A DNA stretch of 29,658 nucleotides from Elusimicrobiota bacterium (GTDB lineage Bacteria > Elusimicrobiota > Elusimicrobia > UBA1565 > UBA9628): contig DAHVNA010000028.1 in assembly GCA_027319565.1 (NCBI GenBank), positions 1 through 29,658 on the forward strand, read 5' to 3'. Position 1 is the first letter of the stretch. The number at the start of each line of letters is the position of its first letter. Made by a program: the position numbers and the translations under genes. Below are positions 1-9,947 of the stretch, in pieces. Below the pieces are notes generated by a model. That model saw only the letters and a program-made list of their open reading frames with translations. It was not told the DNA's origin and made no database searches.

Positions 1-1
1 A

Positions 2-697
2 TCTCGCATTTTTGTTTTAGTCGCGATTTTTGGCGGAATTTTAGTTTATGCAAGTCTTTTGTTCGGGGTTTTGGCGGTCGAGCAAGAGTTAAGGGTTCTG
101 ATGGATTCCGGGCTAGCTTTAATTGAAATGGTGACATTGATCGCGGGGATCTATTTCTCCGCAACCTTGTTTTTAAGAGAGATCGAGACAAAAACCATTT
201 ATTTGGTTTTATCCCGCCCGCTGAGCCGGCTAGAATATCTGTTGGGCCGCGTTCTCGGCTTAATTCTTTCGCTTCTGTTGATCATGGTTTCAATGTCTTT
301 GATTCATCTGATTCTCCTTTTTATTCATCACTGGAGCTGGCAAAATTCTTATTTATTATCTCTCTTGGGAATTTTTCTTAAAGCCTTGATCTTGCTTGCC
401 GCCGCGGTATTTTTTTCTCTTTTTTCGACTTCGACTATTGCCGCGATTGTCTTTTCCGGAGCTTTGTGGATATTGGGGAACTTTACCGCTGAAATTCGCT
501 TTCTGACGCGAAAGGAATCGGGTTTAACCGCTGTTTTTAGCCGTCTTCTTCTGTTTATTTTCCCGCATTTTGAAGTCTTAAATTGGCAAGGCAGTTTTGA
601 CGAAACCAAGGTTTTAATGGGCGCAGGCTATGCCGCTATCTATTTTTCGATTTTTATTTTCTTGTCGTGGCTTATTTTGAGAGAAAAAGAATTCTAG
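2..697 (+). CDS. ABC-2 type transporter permease (PilI/XapB-like), 5'-truncated by window edge
   Basis: Frame is open from base 2 (SRIFVLVAIFGG...). Multiple hydrophobic helices, REIETKTIYLVLSRPLSRLEYLLGRVLG motif, C-terminal REKEF. Confidence 0.85.
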   Translation, partial: SRIFVLVAIFGGILVYASLLFGVLAVEQELRVLMDSGLALIEMVTLIAGIYFSATLFLREIETKTIYLVLSRPLSRLEYLLGRVLGLILSLLLIMVSMSLIHLILLFIHHWSWQNSYLLSLLGIFLKALILLAAAVFFSLFSTSTIAAIVFSGALWILGNFTAEIRFLTRKESGLTAVFSRLLLFIFPHFEVLNWQGSFDETKVLMGAGYAAIYFSIFIFLSWLILREKEF

Positions 698-704
698 GGC
701 CGCC

Positions 705-1385
705 ATGCGCTATTTTTTGCTGCTTTTTTTATTCCTCTTTCTCATGAACGGTTTTTTTTCTTCATTTAAACCAACCAAAGCCTTACCGGATTTTTCTTCC
801 TCAAAACATCCGGTTGAAATACTGACGCTTCTTAATCTCGGTTTTGGTCGCCTTGCAGCCGACATCGAGATGGTTCGCCTGTTGATTTATTACGGTTCGA
901 GCGAGGCGATGGCCGACGATCTAAACCCTCCCAAAGATGTTCCTCTCTATCCGGGAATTTTTCCGCGGGCAAAAGAAATTCTCAGCCTGGACCCTTCTTT
1001 TAGCTATGTCCGCCTCTATGCGGCGGGGGCTTTGGCTTTTAACTTGGGTCGTCCGGATGAGGCCCTTCAACTGATGCGGGAAGGCTTGATTCTTGAACCA
1101 GACAATTCCAAATACAAGGCTTATATCGCCGCCATCGCTTTTTCCCAAAAGGGAGACCCAAAACAAGCTGTTGAGGCCTTAAGCCCGTATCTTCACTCTC
1201 CAAAGACCCCGAGCATGATCAAAAATATCGCCGCGTTTATTTATCTGCGGCTTAAAGAATGGCCGCAAGCCGCCGAGCTTTATCAGGAACTCCTCAACTC
1301 AAAAGACGCCGGATACCGAAAAGAAGCGAAGAAGATGTTGGGGAAAATTAAAAGGTATCATCATCTTAGGCGCTCAGACCAATGA
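705..1385 (+). CDS. Membrane-anchored TPR protein (PilG/XapA-like partner of the permease)
   Basis: N-terminal hydrophobic segment, RLAADIEMVRLLIYYGS motif, TPR-like helices (PDEALQLMREGL, PKQAVEAL, WPQAAELYQEL); 7 bp after the permease. Confidence 0.65.
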   Translation: MRYFLLLFLFLFLMNGFFSSFKPTKALPDFSSSKHPVEILTLLNLGFGRLAADIEMVRLLIYYGSSEAMADDLNPPKDVPLYPGIFPRAKEILSLDPSFSYVRLYAAGALAFNLGRPDEALQLMREGLILEPDNSKYKAYIAAIAFSQKGDPKQAVEALSPYLHSPKTPSMIKNIAAFIYLRLKEWPQAAELYQELLNSKDAGYRKEAKKMLGKIKRYHHLRRSDQ

Positions 1386-4003
1386 GAGAAAAAAACTACA
1401 TCGTTCTATTTATTGTCTTGACGCTAAGCGCTGCTTGTTCATTGTGGCATCAGGAAACATTTACCTCTCAAGATGTAGCAATGCCTTCCAGCGAAGAATC
1501 ACCGCAAAACTTTTTTCTTGTTGCTAAAAAGGGGGTGACAAGCCTTGCCTTTTCTCCGAATGGAAAATTGATGGCGGCAGGCGAACGGAATTGGGATAAC
1601 AGCAAGGTAGGTTACATTCAAATTTGGAACACAAAAACGAAAAAACAGGTGGGGTTATGGAAGGCGATTTATAGCGTCAATAGTATCGCTTTTTCTCCAG
1701 ATGGGAGTAAGATCGCGGTGGGAGAAGAAAATGGGCAAATTGAAATCTGGAGCGTTCTAAATCACAAAATGATAGAGAAATGGGAGGCTCGCTTTGGCAT
1801 TAATAGTGTCGCCTTTTCTCCGGATGGTCAAGAGCTTGCCGCTGGAGAATGGGACTGGAGTTCCGGTAGTGGAAAAAGCAATGAGTATATTTTTAGCGGA
1901 TATGTCCAAATCTGGGATTCTCATACTGGAAAAATTAAGCGTGAATGGAAGACTGTCAATGATGTCGCGGGAATTTCCTTTTCTCCGGATGGCGCAGAAA
2001 TTGTGGCCGGAGAGTCGACCTTGGTCACAGGAAAAATAGAATTGTGGGATATATCTACTGGAGAAAGAAAAGCTGGGTGGGAAACGAATACGTTTGTCAG
2101 AAGCATTTCCTTTGATCCAACGGGAACGCGGATTGCCGCCGGCGGCTTTGACGGCTCCGTTTATATATGGAGTTTGAAAGGCCGCGTGTTAAGCGCGCTA
2201 AAAGCCGATGATGCCGTCAGAAGCGTTCTTTTTTCTTTAAATGGTCGCCAACTTGCGGCTGGAGGCAACTCTATTGCTCAAATTTGGGATGTGGCCACTG
2301 GAAAGAAAGTCTTTACCTGGAAATCTAAACAAGGAATTTCAAGCGTCGCTTTTAATCCGATTCAAAAGGAATTAGCGGTTGGCGAATCAGAAGAATCTTT
2401 CGAAAAATCTGACTCGCGGGGAATGGTTGAGGTTTTCCCGCTTAAGGATTATGATTATTACATCGGAGACAATGATGCGCCGATTAAAAGCCTGACTGGA
2501 CAAGTCATTACTCTTTTACCTTTAGGAACTCCGGTCTCCGTTGAAAAAACCTTGACTTCGCGGTGGGTCTGGGTTCGAGCAGGGAACAAATTAAAAGGCT
2601 GGGTCGATAAAAAAAACGTTGTGACCCAGAGGCCGGATATGTTTCCCCCAGTGATCCGCCTGACAAAAAAATCAATTAGAGGTTCTAGGCTTTATGTCGA
2701 GGGATTTATCTATTCAGACAAGTCTCTTGCCCTTGTCACTTTGGGGGAACGCGAAATTTCAAATTTTTCTCCCTTAGCGAACAAGGGAAACTACAGATAT
2801 GGGTATTCATTTAAAGGTTATGCTCCAGTTTTACCTAATACCTCTCTTGTGATATCAGCGCAAGATAGCGCGGGAAAACAGAGCAGTATTCCCATTTCTA
2901 TTTCTGAGCCGATCATAAAATATACTCCTCAATATGCGCTTCTAAGTCTTACAAAAGATACTCCTATTCTTGCGTCTCCAGGGAAAACCGCTGAGGTCAT
3001 TAAGCAACTTTCTGCTGGAACCCAACTAGCTTCCGTTGGCTATGACAATGATTTTTACGCTCTTGAGGGGGGCGGCTGGGTATCAAAGTCTTCTGCCCGG
3101 GAGTATCCCAACTTTATCCCAGCATTTAACCCTGCCGAAAGCGTTGCCGTTAAGAAGACGATGTCACCAACAATACTTTATAATCCTTCTTCTGTAGATG
3201 TAAACATTCCTCTGGGAATTCAAGAAAACAACGCCATTGGCGTGATCATCGCTAATCGAGATTACCAAAACCCGGATGTCCCGTCGGTTGCCTATGCTCT
3301 TAACGATGGACGAATAATGAAAAAATATTTCATAAAAACTTTTGGCATTTCTCCCAAGAATATTATTTATCTGAAAAACGCAACGAAAGGAGAAATGGAA
3401 TCTGTTTTCGGCAAAAAAGGTTTTCCGCATGGGAAGCTTTACGATTATGCCATCACCCAAGGCCCGAATGCAATAATTTATGTTTATTATTCCGGTCACG
3501 GAGCTCCGGACTTGACGACAAAAAAGCCATATCTTGTGCCCGTGGATGCTGATCCGGACTATGTCGCATTGAATGGTTATCCCTTAGAGACCCTCTATTC
3601 AAACATCAACCATATCCCCGCGCGTCGAGCTGTCGTTATTCTGGACGCTTGTTTTAGCGGAGCATCGCCATCAGGGATGCTCATTAGCAACGCTTCTCCT
3701 TTGGAAATTTCGGTCTTGCCCCTAGCTCGGCCTCCTCTGTCAGGACTTGTCTTTGCCGCTTCTGCTCCTGACCAAGTGGCAAACTGGTACCCGCAAAAAA
3801 ACCACTCGTTGTTTACCTACTTCTTCCTAAAGGGGCTTCAATGGAGAGCGGGTTTGTCAAAAAAGACAAAAACAATCACTGCAGGCAATTTGGAAAATTA
3901 CATCAAGACTCGAGTTTCAGCGATAGCCCTTAAAGAATTTCACCGAAAGCAAACGCCAACGCTCTTTGGCCATTCCCAAAAAATTCTACTGCACTACCGC
4001 TGA
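1382..4003 (+). CDS. Secreted WD40-repeat / SH3-like / caspase-family (peptidase C14) protein
   Basis: Signal-like N-terminus; about 7 repeats of (V/I)xS(V/I/L)xFSPDG...I(Q/E)IW; SH3b-like segments (WVWVRAGNKLKGWV, YALEGGGWVSK); C14 dyad motifs YYSGHG and ILDACFSG; HSLFTYFFLKGL and QTP. Confidence 0.85.
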   Translation: MREKNYIVLFIVLTLSAACSLWHQETFTSQDVAMPSSEESPQNFFLVAKKGVTSLAFSPNGKLMAAGERNWDNSKVGYIQIWNTKTKKQVGLWKAIYSVNSIAFSPDGSKIAVGEENGQIEIWSVLNHKMIEKWEARFGINSVAFSPDGQELAAGEWDWSSGSGKSNEYIFSGYVQIWDSHTGKIKREWKTVNDVAGISFSPDGAEIVAGESTLVTGKIELWDISTGERKAGWETNTFVRSISFDPTGTRIAAGGFDGSVYIWSLKGRVLSALKADDAVRSVLFSLNGRQLAAGGNSIAQIWDVATGKKVFTWKSKQGISSVAFNPIQKELAVGESEESFEKSDSRGMVEVFPLKDYDYYIGDNDAPIKSLTGQVITLLPLGTPVSVEKTLTSRWVWVRAGNKLKGWVDKKNVVTQRPDMFPPVIRLTKKSIRGSRLYVEGFIYSDKSLALVTLGEREISNFSPLANKGNYRYGYSFKGYAPVLPNTSLVISAQDSAGKQSSIPISISEPIIKYTPQYALLSLTKDTPILASPGKTAEVIKQLSAGTQLASVGYDNDFYALEGGGWVSKSSAREYPNFIPAFNPAESVAVKKTMSPTILYNPSSVDVNIPLGIQENNAIGVIIANRDYQNPDVPSVAYALNDGRIMKKYFIKTFGISPKNIIYLKNATKGEMESVFGKKGFPHGKLYDYAITQGPNAIIYVYYSGHGAPDLTTKKPYLVPVDADPDYVALNGYPLETLYSNINHIPARRAVVILDACFSGASPSGMLISNASPLEISVLPLARPPLSGLVFAASAPDQVANWYPQKNHSLFTYFFLKGLQWRAGLSKKTKTITAGNLENYIKTRVSAIALKEFHRKQTPTLFGHSQKILLHYR

Positions 4004-4012
4004 TTTTTTTGT

Positions 4013-5131
4013 TTAGGCCGCAATAAGGTTTTCGATTTTGGAAGACTTTTCTCCCAGGGCTTGGGCCACGGCCTCGCAGGTAATTTCTCCCCCGTAGGCG
4101 TTGATGCCTTTTTTGAGCGCGGGATCTCTTTTTGAGGCGTCTTCAAGGCCGTATTTGGCGATAGCGCGCGCGTATTTGAGAGTTACATTGGTCAAGGCGT
4201 AGGTGGAAGTATTGGGCACCGCTCCCGGGATATTGGGAACCGCGTAGTGAAGAACTCCGTGTTTGACAAGAACAGGGTTGTCGTGACTCGTGGTTTCGGC
4301 GGTTTCAACGCATCCGCCTTGGTCGACGGCGACGTCAACGATGACGGAACCCGGGCGCATCTTTTTGACCATCGCCTCAGTCACCAGTTTTGGCGCGACA
4401 GCTCCGGCGATTAAAACCGCGCCGATGACGAGATCGGAGTTAATGACGGCATTCTGGATGTTTTCTTCATGACTCATCAGAGTCGTCACCGAATTTCCAA
4501 AGACATCGTCTAGATAGGCCAAACGCTGAGCGGAAATATCGAGGATGTTGACTCGCGCGCCCATCCCGACGGCGATTTTAGCCGCATTAATTCCGACAAC
4601 GCCTCCTCCGACAATGCTGACGGTCGCGCGATTGACCCCGGGAACGCCGCCAAGCAAAATACCGCGCCCGCCGTAATGCTTTTCCAAAAATTGAGCCCCA
4701 ATTTGAACGCTCATTTTTCCGGCGACTTCCGACATCGGAGTAAGAAGGGGAAGGCTGCCGTCATCGAGCTGAATTGTTTCATAGGCCACAGCGCGCAAAC
4801 TCATTTTTTTAAGAAAGGCCACCAGTTCCGGCGCGGGAGCGAGATGAAGATAGGTGTAGAGAATTTGGCCTTTATGAAAATAAGAAAACTCTTCCGCTAA
4901 GGGCTCTTTGACCTTGATAATCATCTCGGCATCCGCGAATAGTTTTTTCTTGTCGGAAACAATAGAAGCCCCGGACGCCTGATACTCTTCGTCGGTAATT
5001 CCGGAACCAAGCCCGGCGCCTTTTTCGATTAAAACCTTGTTTTTGTCGGCAACCAAGGCTCTGACTCCGCCGGGGACAAGACCTACCCGATGCTCGCGAT
5101 TTTTAATTTCTTTAGGAACTCCGATAATCAT
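4013..5131 (-). CDS. ald: Alanine dehydrogenase
   Basis: [74 protein letters not shown] motifs. Confidence 0.97.
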   Translation of the reverse strand: MIIGVPKEIKNREHRVGLVPGGVRALVADKNKVLIEKGAGLGSGITDEEYQASGASIVSDKKKLFADAEMIIKVKEPLAEEFSYFHKGQILYTYLHLAPAPELVAFLKKMSLRAVAYETIQLDDGSLPLLTPMSEVAGKMSVQIGAQFLEKHYGGRGILLGGVPGVNRATVSIVGGGVVGINAAKIAVGMGARVNILDISAQRLAYLDDVFGNSVTTLMSHEENIQNAVINSDLVIGAVLIAGAVAPKLVTEAMVKKMRPGSVIVDVAVDQGGCVETAETTSHDNPVLVKHGVLHYAVPNIPGAVPNTSTYALTNVTLKYARAIAKYGLEDASKRDPALKKGINAYGGEITCEAVAQALGEKSSKIENLIAA

Positions 5132-6225
5132 TTTGCCTCCAATTCAAAAGTAAAGCGACTTCCGCCTCCGGGGCGGTCTTCAACTAAAATAGTGCCGCCC
5201 AAGGTCGTTACGGCTAAGCGGCAAAAGGCAAGCCCAATTCCGGTTCCAGAAGACTCCGCCGTCGATTGAGTATGTCCGATAGCGTATTTGTCAAAAATAT
5301 GATTTTTAAGGTGCGGGGGAACGCCCGGGCCGCGATCGGAAACAGAAAAGCGGGCTTTTTGATTGACCTTTGAGCCCCCAATTTCGATATCTTGTCCCTT
5401 GGGAGAAAACTTAACTGCGTTTGACGTCAAATTAACGAGGATTCTGAAAAAAAGATTCGCGTCGGTGGTCAGGTTTTTTATCTGGGGGTCGATGGTCGAG
5501 AGAATCCTGATATTTTTTCTCTGGCAAGTGGGCGCGAAGAGAGATTTTAATTTTGTCATCATTGTCTCGACAGAGACGGAACTGAGTTCCACAGGCAATG
5601 CCCGCTGTTCCGAGCGGCCGATGTCTAAAATATCATTGACCATTAATAACATGAAGTCGGCGGCTTCTCCGGCGTTCGCAAGGAGACTTTTATAGGTCTC
5701 TTCGCTGATAAGACCCCGGCTTTTGATGATGTCCAAGGTTCCTTTAATTGAAGTTAAGGGAGCCTTTAAATCGTGGACGATCATGTCCGAGAGATCTTGT
5801 TGGACGCGGTGGAGTATCTCAAGGTCGTAATTACGGCGTGCCAATTCGTCTTGGGACTGTTTTACTTTGAGATGAACCTTGACCCGCGCTAAAAGCTCCT
5901 CGATAGCGAAGGGCTTCTGAACATAGTCCTGGGCTCCGGCTTCAAAAGCGGCCAGGCGAGTTGGCAAATCTCCCTTGGCGGTGAGAAAAATAACCGGGAT
6001 AAAAGGCCCAACCCCGGTCCTGGTCATCCGGCAGACATCAATGCCGCTGCCGTCCGGAAGCCCGATATCCACGATGATAAGGTCCGGGCGTTTTTCGTTA
6101 AAAAATTTAAGCCCTTGGGCCGCGGTCTCGCAGGCCGTGACAGAAAAGCCGTTTGACTGGAGAACAGTTGACGCAAAAGAGCGGATATTGGCGTCGTCTT
6201 CTATCAGCAGGATATGGTAAGCCAT
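5128..6225 (-). CDS. Cytoplasmic hybrid sensor kinase (REC-HisKA-HATPase)
   Basis: Receiver (IEDD, VDIGLPDGSG, FLTAK, QKPF), H-box HDLKAPL, N-box NLTSNAVKFS, DRGPG, GTGIGLAFC. Its stop overlaps the ald start (ATGA). Confidence 0.92.
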   Translation of the reverse strand: MAYHILLIEDDANIRSFASTVLQSNGFSVTACETAAQGLKFFNEKRPDLIIVDIGLPDGSGIDVCRMTRTGVGPFIPVIFLTAKGDLPTRLAAFEAGAQDYVQKPFAIEELLARVKVHLKVKQSQDELARRNYDLEILHRVQQDLSDMIVHDLKAPLTSIKGTLDIIKSRGLISEETYKSLLANAGEAADFMLLMVNDILDIGRSEQRALPVELSSVSVETMMTKLKSLFAPTCQRKNIRILSTIDPQIKNLTTDANLFFRILVNLTSNAVKFSPKGQDIEIGGSKVNQKARFSVSDRGPGVPPHLKNHIFDKYAIGHTQSTAESSGTGIGLAFCRLAVTTLGGTILVEDRPGGGSRFTFELEAK

Positions 6226-6322
6226 AATCTCTCTACGCCTAAAAGTCTAACATATTCAAATGCCGAGTCAAGCGCGTTTCTGGCGGATTGCGGTTTAAGG
6301 CCTCTATTTGAAACAATAGGGT

Positions 6323-6973
6323 GTGGATCATTTCTTGGCAACCCACAAAGCCTTCCGCTCGATTTCGGCAAGCTCCATTGAAAACGCCTTGCCGTTGATT
6401 TCTCTGCGCCGCTACAAACGCGGAGAAGCGATATTTGAGGAGGGAAATCCGGCCCAGGCGGTTTATCTTTTGCGCTCGGGGCTGATCAAGGCCGCGAAAT
6501 ACTCGCCCAATTCAGACCTGGCGGCGATGGAGATCATCACTCCCGGGCAAATGTTCGGGATGATCGCAGTGATGGACAAAAAGAATTACCCCGTGAGCGC
6601 GTCTTCTCTCCAGGATTCGGAGGTCTATCGCATTCCCGAGCGCGTCTTTACCGAGTTTTTGGAAAAATACCCCGCCTTTTCCAAAGAAGTCTACTCCGCT
6701 ATAGGGAGCCATATCCGCCACGCGCAGACCCTTCGCGCTTTGTCCAAGGAACAGGTCGAACGCCGTATCGCCTGGGTTTTACTTTTACTTTCGCAGTCGC
6801 TGGGAAAAAACATGGAGCTGCGCCGTCAGGATATCGCGGAACTCGCCGCCTGCACGCCGGAAACGGCGATGCGAACCTTGGGCGATCTTAAGAGAAATAA
6901 AATCATTTCCTCCGGCTGGAAGCGCGTGACAATCCTTGATAGCGAACGCTTAAGCAAAATAGCCTCCTTTTAA
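6323..6973 (+). CDS. Crp/Fnr family transcriptional regulator
   Basis: cNMP-binding-like N-domain (IFEEGNPAQAVYLLRSG, PGQMFG) and C-terminal HTH (RQDIAELAACTPETAMR); GTG start. Confidence 0.92.
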   Translation: MDHFLATHKAFRSISASSIENALPLISLRRYKRGEAIFEEGNPAQAVYLLRSGLIKAAKYSPNSDLAAMEIITPGQMFGMIAVMDKKNYPVSASSLQDSEVYRIPERVFTEFLEKYPAFSKEVYSAIGSHIRHAQTLRALSKEQVERRIAWVLLLLSQSLGKNMELRRQDIAELAACTPETAMRTLGDLKRNKIISSGWKRVTILDSERLSKIASF

Positions 6974-6977
6974 AAAC

Positions 6978-7019
6978 CTGCGCCAGCGCATAGATTCTTT
7001 GTCGGCCGCATGATATCCT
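6978..7019 (+). promoter_or_regulatory. Class II Crp/Fnr-type promoter: CTGCG-CCAG-CGCAT box plus extended -10 TGaTATCCT
   Basis: Palindromic box 6978-6991 (centre 6984.5); -10 at 7014-7019 implies +1 near 7026, putting the box at -41.5; AGGAGG RBS follows. Confidence 0.75.
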
Positions 7020-7037
7020 AATGTTAGGAGGCTTTCC

Positions 7038-7457
7038 ATGAACACGCCTATCACGGCGGATGAAACCGTCGCTTCAATCGCCAAAAAGTCGCCTGAGCTC
7101 CATAAAATTCTCGTCCAATACGGGCTTGATATGTGTTGCGGAGGGGTTCATCCCCTGCGCTTGGCGGCCCAGGCCCACGGGGTTAATCTCAAGGAAATTT
7201 TATCCGCGCTTAATTCCTGCCTGGCTCCAGAGTCCGGGGGCAAGACTTATATTCTCGATGTTCATGGTTTAGAGCCGCCGGAGCCCATGGTTCAAATTCT
7301 CTCGAAACTTTCCGAGTTGGGGCCGAAAGACGCGCTTGAGGTCGAGCATTTCCGCGAGCCCGTGCCGCTTTACGCCCATTTGGAGGCGGCCGGTTTTGAG
7401 CATGAGATAGAAAAGCTCGCCGAGGGCCGCTATAAGCTTCGCATTTATAAAAAATGA
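7038..7457 (+). CDS. DUF542 (ScdA/RIC N-terminal) - DUF2249 fusion protein
   Basis: GLDMCCGG motif of the ScdA_N domain; LDVHGLEPPEPM...REPVPLY motif of DUF2249. Confidence 0.85.
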   Translation: MNTPITADETVASIAKKSPELHKILVQYGLDMCCGGVHPLRLAAQAHGVNLKEILSALNSCLAPESGGKTYILDVHGLEPPEPMVQILSKLSELGPKDALEVEHFREPVPLYAHLEAAGFEHEIEKLAEGRYKLRIYKK

Positions 7458-8785
7458 CAAGCGCCAAAGAGACGCCGCAACAGCCATCTTTTATTTTAAG
7501 CGGCTCCGCGCCGTTTCTTAAATCCGCGCCGCCGGCCTCTCTCCCGATGCGGCATTTCGCCTTCGCGGCCTTCGCTTTCTGGATATTTGCGGCGGAATTC
7601 GCGATTCACTCAACTCGCCTCTTGGGATTTGATTTCGAGGCTCTCTGGGTTTTGGGGTTGGCGCATTCCCTGACCCTGGGTTTTATCGCGATGACGATTT
7701 TAGGCGTGATGATCCAGATGTCTTCTGTCCTCTGGGAAATTCCGCTTCAGGCTCCGCATCGTATCATCAGTCTTTGCTGGTGGGGCTTTTCCTCGGGCCT
7801 TACTATTTTCGTTTATTTTTTGTGGAGCGACCGCGTTTTTTATTGGATTCCAGCCGCTTTGGCGGCTCTTTCTCTCACGGGATACATCGCTATTTTTATT
7901 CGAACCATGCTCGCGGCCAAGAAAATTGATTGGACGGGAAAACATTTAGCGGTCTCAATGGTCTATTTAATTTCTCTAGCCATTCTGGGAGTTCTCTTGA
8001 GTTATGACCGTGAGCGCGGCGTGATTTTCCCTGACCCTCAAGGCGCTTTGATCGCCCATATTCATCTGGCTCTGATTGGTTGGGTCTCTTTGAGCATTAT
8101 CGGAGTTTCTTATCGCCTGGTTTCGATGTTCGCGCTGTCCCATCTTGAATCAAAAACGCCGGGACGCCTAGCGCTTTTTCTCCTTAATGTCGGACTTATT
8201 GGCCTTGTTGGAGATTCTCTTTGGAACGCTCATCGTTTTTTGCCGTTGTGGGCCTCTCTTTTAAGCGCGGCCTATTTTATCTACGCCCTTCAGATGTTCC
8301 GAATATTCAAGGAAAGAATGAGGAAACTGGATCCGTCTCTCAGTTTCACGATATTGGCGCTTTTTGGCGGCGTCCTATGGTGCGCCTTGGGGCTCGGGCT
8401 TTCTTTCGGCTGGATCAAGGACAGCGTCCATGCGCGGGAAGCCTATATCGCTTCCGCGCTTTTAGGATGGGTAACGCCCTTTATTCTTGGAGAAATTCAT
8501 AAGATCGTTCCATTCTTAGTCTGGCTTCACGTTTATAGCCCGCAAAATTTTAAGCCGCCCGTCCGCGTCCCTAAAATCTCGGATTTAACCAGCCAAAAAC
8601 TCGCTTGGGGGGAATTGATCGCGGCTGTTTTCGCCTTGATTCTGGTTGTCCTTGGCTTTCTCATCAAGTCTCGCGGGATTCTCCGCCTGGGAGCTTTTTC
8701 CTGGCTTTTAGTCGCCACCCTTTACGCCATCAACACGATGATCAGCCTCAAGCACTTTTTATGGAAAGACCCGAGATGGAGCTGA
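7454..8785 (+). CDS. Polytopic membrane protein, DUF2249/DUF59-associated (NnrS / heme-copper oxidase subunit I-like superfamily)
   Basis: About 12 hydrophobic helices with intramembrane His motifs (AHSLTLGF, AHIHLALIGW) and KIVPFLVW; ATGA overlap with the upstream gene. Confidence 0.7.
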   Translation: MTSAKETPQQPSFILSGSAPFLKSAPPASLPMRHFAFAAFAFWIFAAEFAIHSTRLLGFDFEALWVLGLAHSLTLGFIAMTILGVMIQMSSVLWEIPLQAPHRIISLCWWGFSSGLTIFVYFLWSDRVFYWIPAALAALSLTGYIAIFIRTMLAAKKIDWTGKHLAVSMVYLISLAILGVLLSYDRERGVIFPDPQGALIAHIHLALIGWVSLSIIGVSYRLVSMFALSHLESKTPGRLALFLLNVGLIGLVGDSLWNAHRFLPLWASLLSAAYFIYALQMFRIFKERMRKLDPSLSFTILALFGGVLWCALGLGLSFGWIKDSVHAREAYIASALLGWVTPFILGEIHKIVPFLVWLHVYSPQNFKPPVRVPKISDLTSQKLAWGELIAAVFALILVVLGFLIKSRGILRLGAFSWLLVATLYAINTMISLKHFLWKDPRWS

Positions 8786-8819
8786 CTTAAAAAAAGGGGA
8801 CAGTCCCATTTTTTAAGTC
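8784..8819. terminator. Probable bidirectional terminator between convergent operons
   Basis: GACTTAAAAAAAGGGGA-CAG-TCCCATTTTTTAAGTC imperfect inverted repeat with A/T tracts on both sides. Confidence 0.6.
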
Positions 8820-9238
8820 CTGATTTTTGAAAAAATGTCCGCGACATCTTTATCCTCTAAAAATCGGTCGCAGGCGGGGTAGAGGACTTGTTCTTCCTTG
8901 GCGTTGTGGTGGCTTAAAATCGAAGCTAGCGCCTTCTCGTGAATTTTCGCGTCCGAAAGATCGGCTTTTTTAAGAGCTTGAATTACCGCGGCTTTTTCTT
9001 GGCGAATCTCTTTGTGCTCGATGAGCATGACGCGAATCGGGCCTTCTTTAAACATCGGATTTTTTTGAGCGAGAGCCGGAAATAAAATCGTCTCTTCCCA
9101 AACGATATGCCGCTCAAGCCTTCGGTCATACTCCTCGAAAATGCCGCGATATTCCGCCAATGCCTTAAAGCGGAGATCGAGAAATAGAGCGTCAATCTCG
9201 CGATGGTCTTTTTCAAAAAAATCGAAGATTTTTCCCAT
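8813..9238 (-). CDS. Hemerythrin (HHE) domain protein
   Basis: DHREID, RHIVWEETILFP, EHKEI, HHNAKEEQVLYP di-iron ligand pattern. Confidence 0.9.
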   Translation of the reverse strand: MGKIFDFFEKDHREIDALFLDLRFKALAEYRGIFEEYDRRLERHIVWEETILFPALAQKNPMFKEGPIRVMLIEHKEIRQEKAAVIQALKKADLSDAKIHEKALASILSHHNAKEEQVLYPACDRFLEDKDVADIFSKIRT

Positions 9239-9594
9239 TAAGCCTTTCCCTCCAGGTAATTTTTGAGCGCAACGGCATGGTTTATTTTTTGATCCTTGGC
9301 CGCGAATAAAAGCGTGACAGTTTGTTTTTTCGCGTGCTCGCGTAAGCTCTCAACCTCTTCTTTGAGATCCTTAAGCTCCGCGTGATAGCGCTTCTGAAAT
9401 TCCTCCCATTTTTCCGGGTCATGGTCAAACCATTGCCTCAGTTCTGTCGAGGGCGCAATGGATTTAAGCCACAAGCCCACTTTCGCTCTTTCCTTTGAAA
9501 CTCCCCTGGGCCAAAGCCGGTCCACCAAAACGCGAAAGCCGTCCTCTTTGGAATAATCATCATAAACGCGCTTAATCCGGATTTTTAATTTCAT
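9238..9594 (-). CDS. DUF488 family protein (YeaO-like)
   Basis: IKRVYD...DGFRVLVDRLWPRGVSKE...APSTELRQWFDHDPEKWEEFQKRY...NHAVALK. Confidence 0.92.
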   Translation of the reverse strand: MKLKIRIKRVYDDYSKEDGFRVLVDRLWPRGVSKERAKVGLWLKSIAPSTELRQWFDHDPEKWEEFQKRYHAELKDLKEEVESLREHAKKQTVTLLFAAKDQKINHAVALKNYLEGKA

Positions 9595-9601
9595 GACTCT
9601 A

Positions 9602-9943
9602 TTATAAACCCAAGGCGGCTCGCCCGTCCATCGTGATCATTCGAGGATTCCAAGGCGGATCCCAAATCAAGCTGATTTTGACTTCCTTATTTTTAAAGGC
9701 GGATTTAAGCGCTGATTCGGCCATCAAGACGATGCTTTCGCCCATTGGGCAATTACGAGTCGTCAAGGTCATCTTTAAATGCACCCAGTCTGCGGAGGCG
9801 TCTATTCCATAAATAAATCCGGCGCTGACAATATCGATTCCCACCTCAGGGTCAAGAACGGTTTCCAGAGCCGAGATCGCGCTTTGCACCAGCGCCTCCC
9901 GCTTAAGGGCCTCCGGAGGCGGCGCTTGGGAGTTTTCCTGCAT
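9602..9943 (-). CDS. DUF59 / SufT-PaaD-like metal-sulfur cluster assembly factor
   Basis: VLDPEVGIDIVSAGFIY, MTLTTRNCPM, WDPPWNP. Start set at MQENSQ (9943) to avoid overlapping the upstream gene. Confidence 0.88.
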   Translation of the reverse strand: MQENSQAPPPEALKREALVQSAISALETVLDPEVGIDIVSAGFIYGIDASADWVHLKMTLTTRNCPMGESIVLMAESALKSAFKNKEVKISLIWDPPWNPRMITMDGRAALGL

Positions 9944-9947
9944 GGGA

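Noticed and set aside
7454..8785. Functional cytochrome oxidase or NO reductase subunit I
   Set aside because: Lacks the canonical W..HP.V and HH CuB/FeB ligand motifs.
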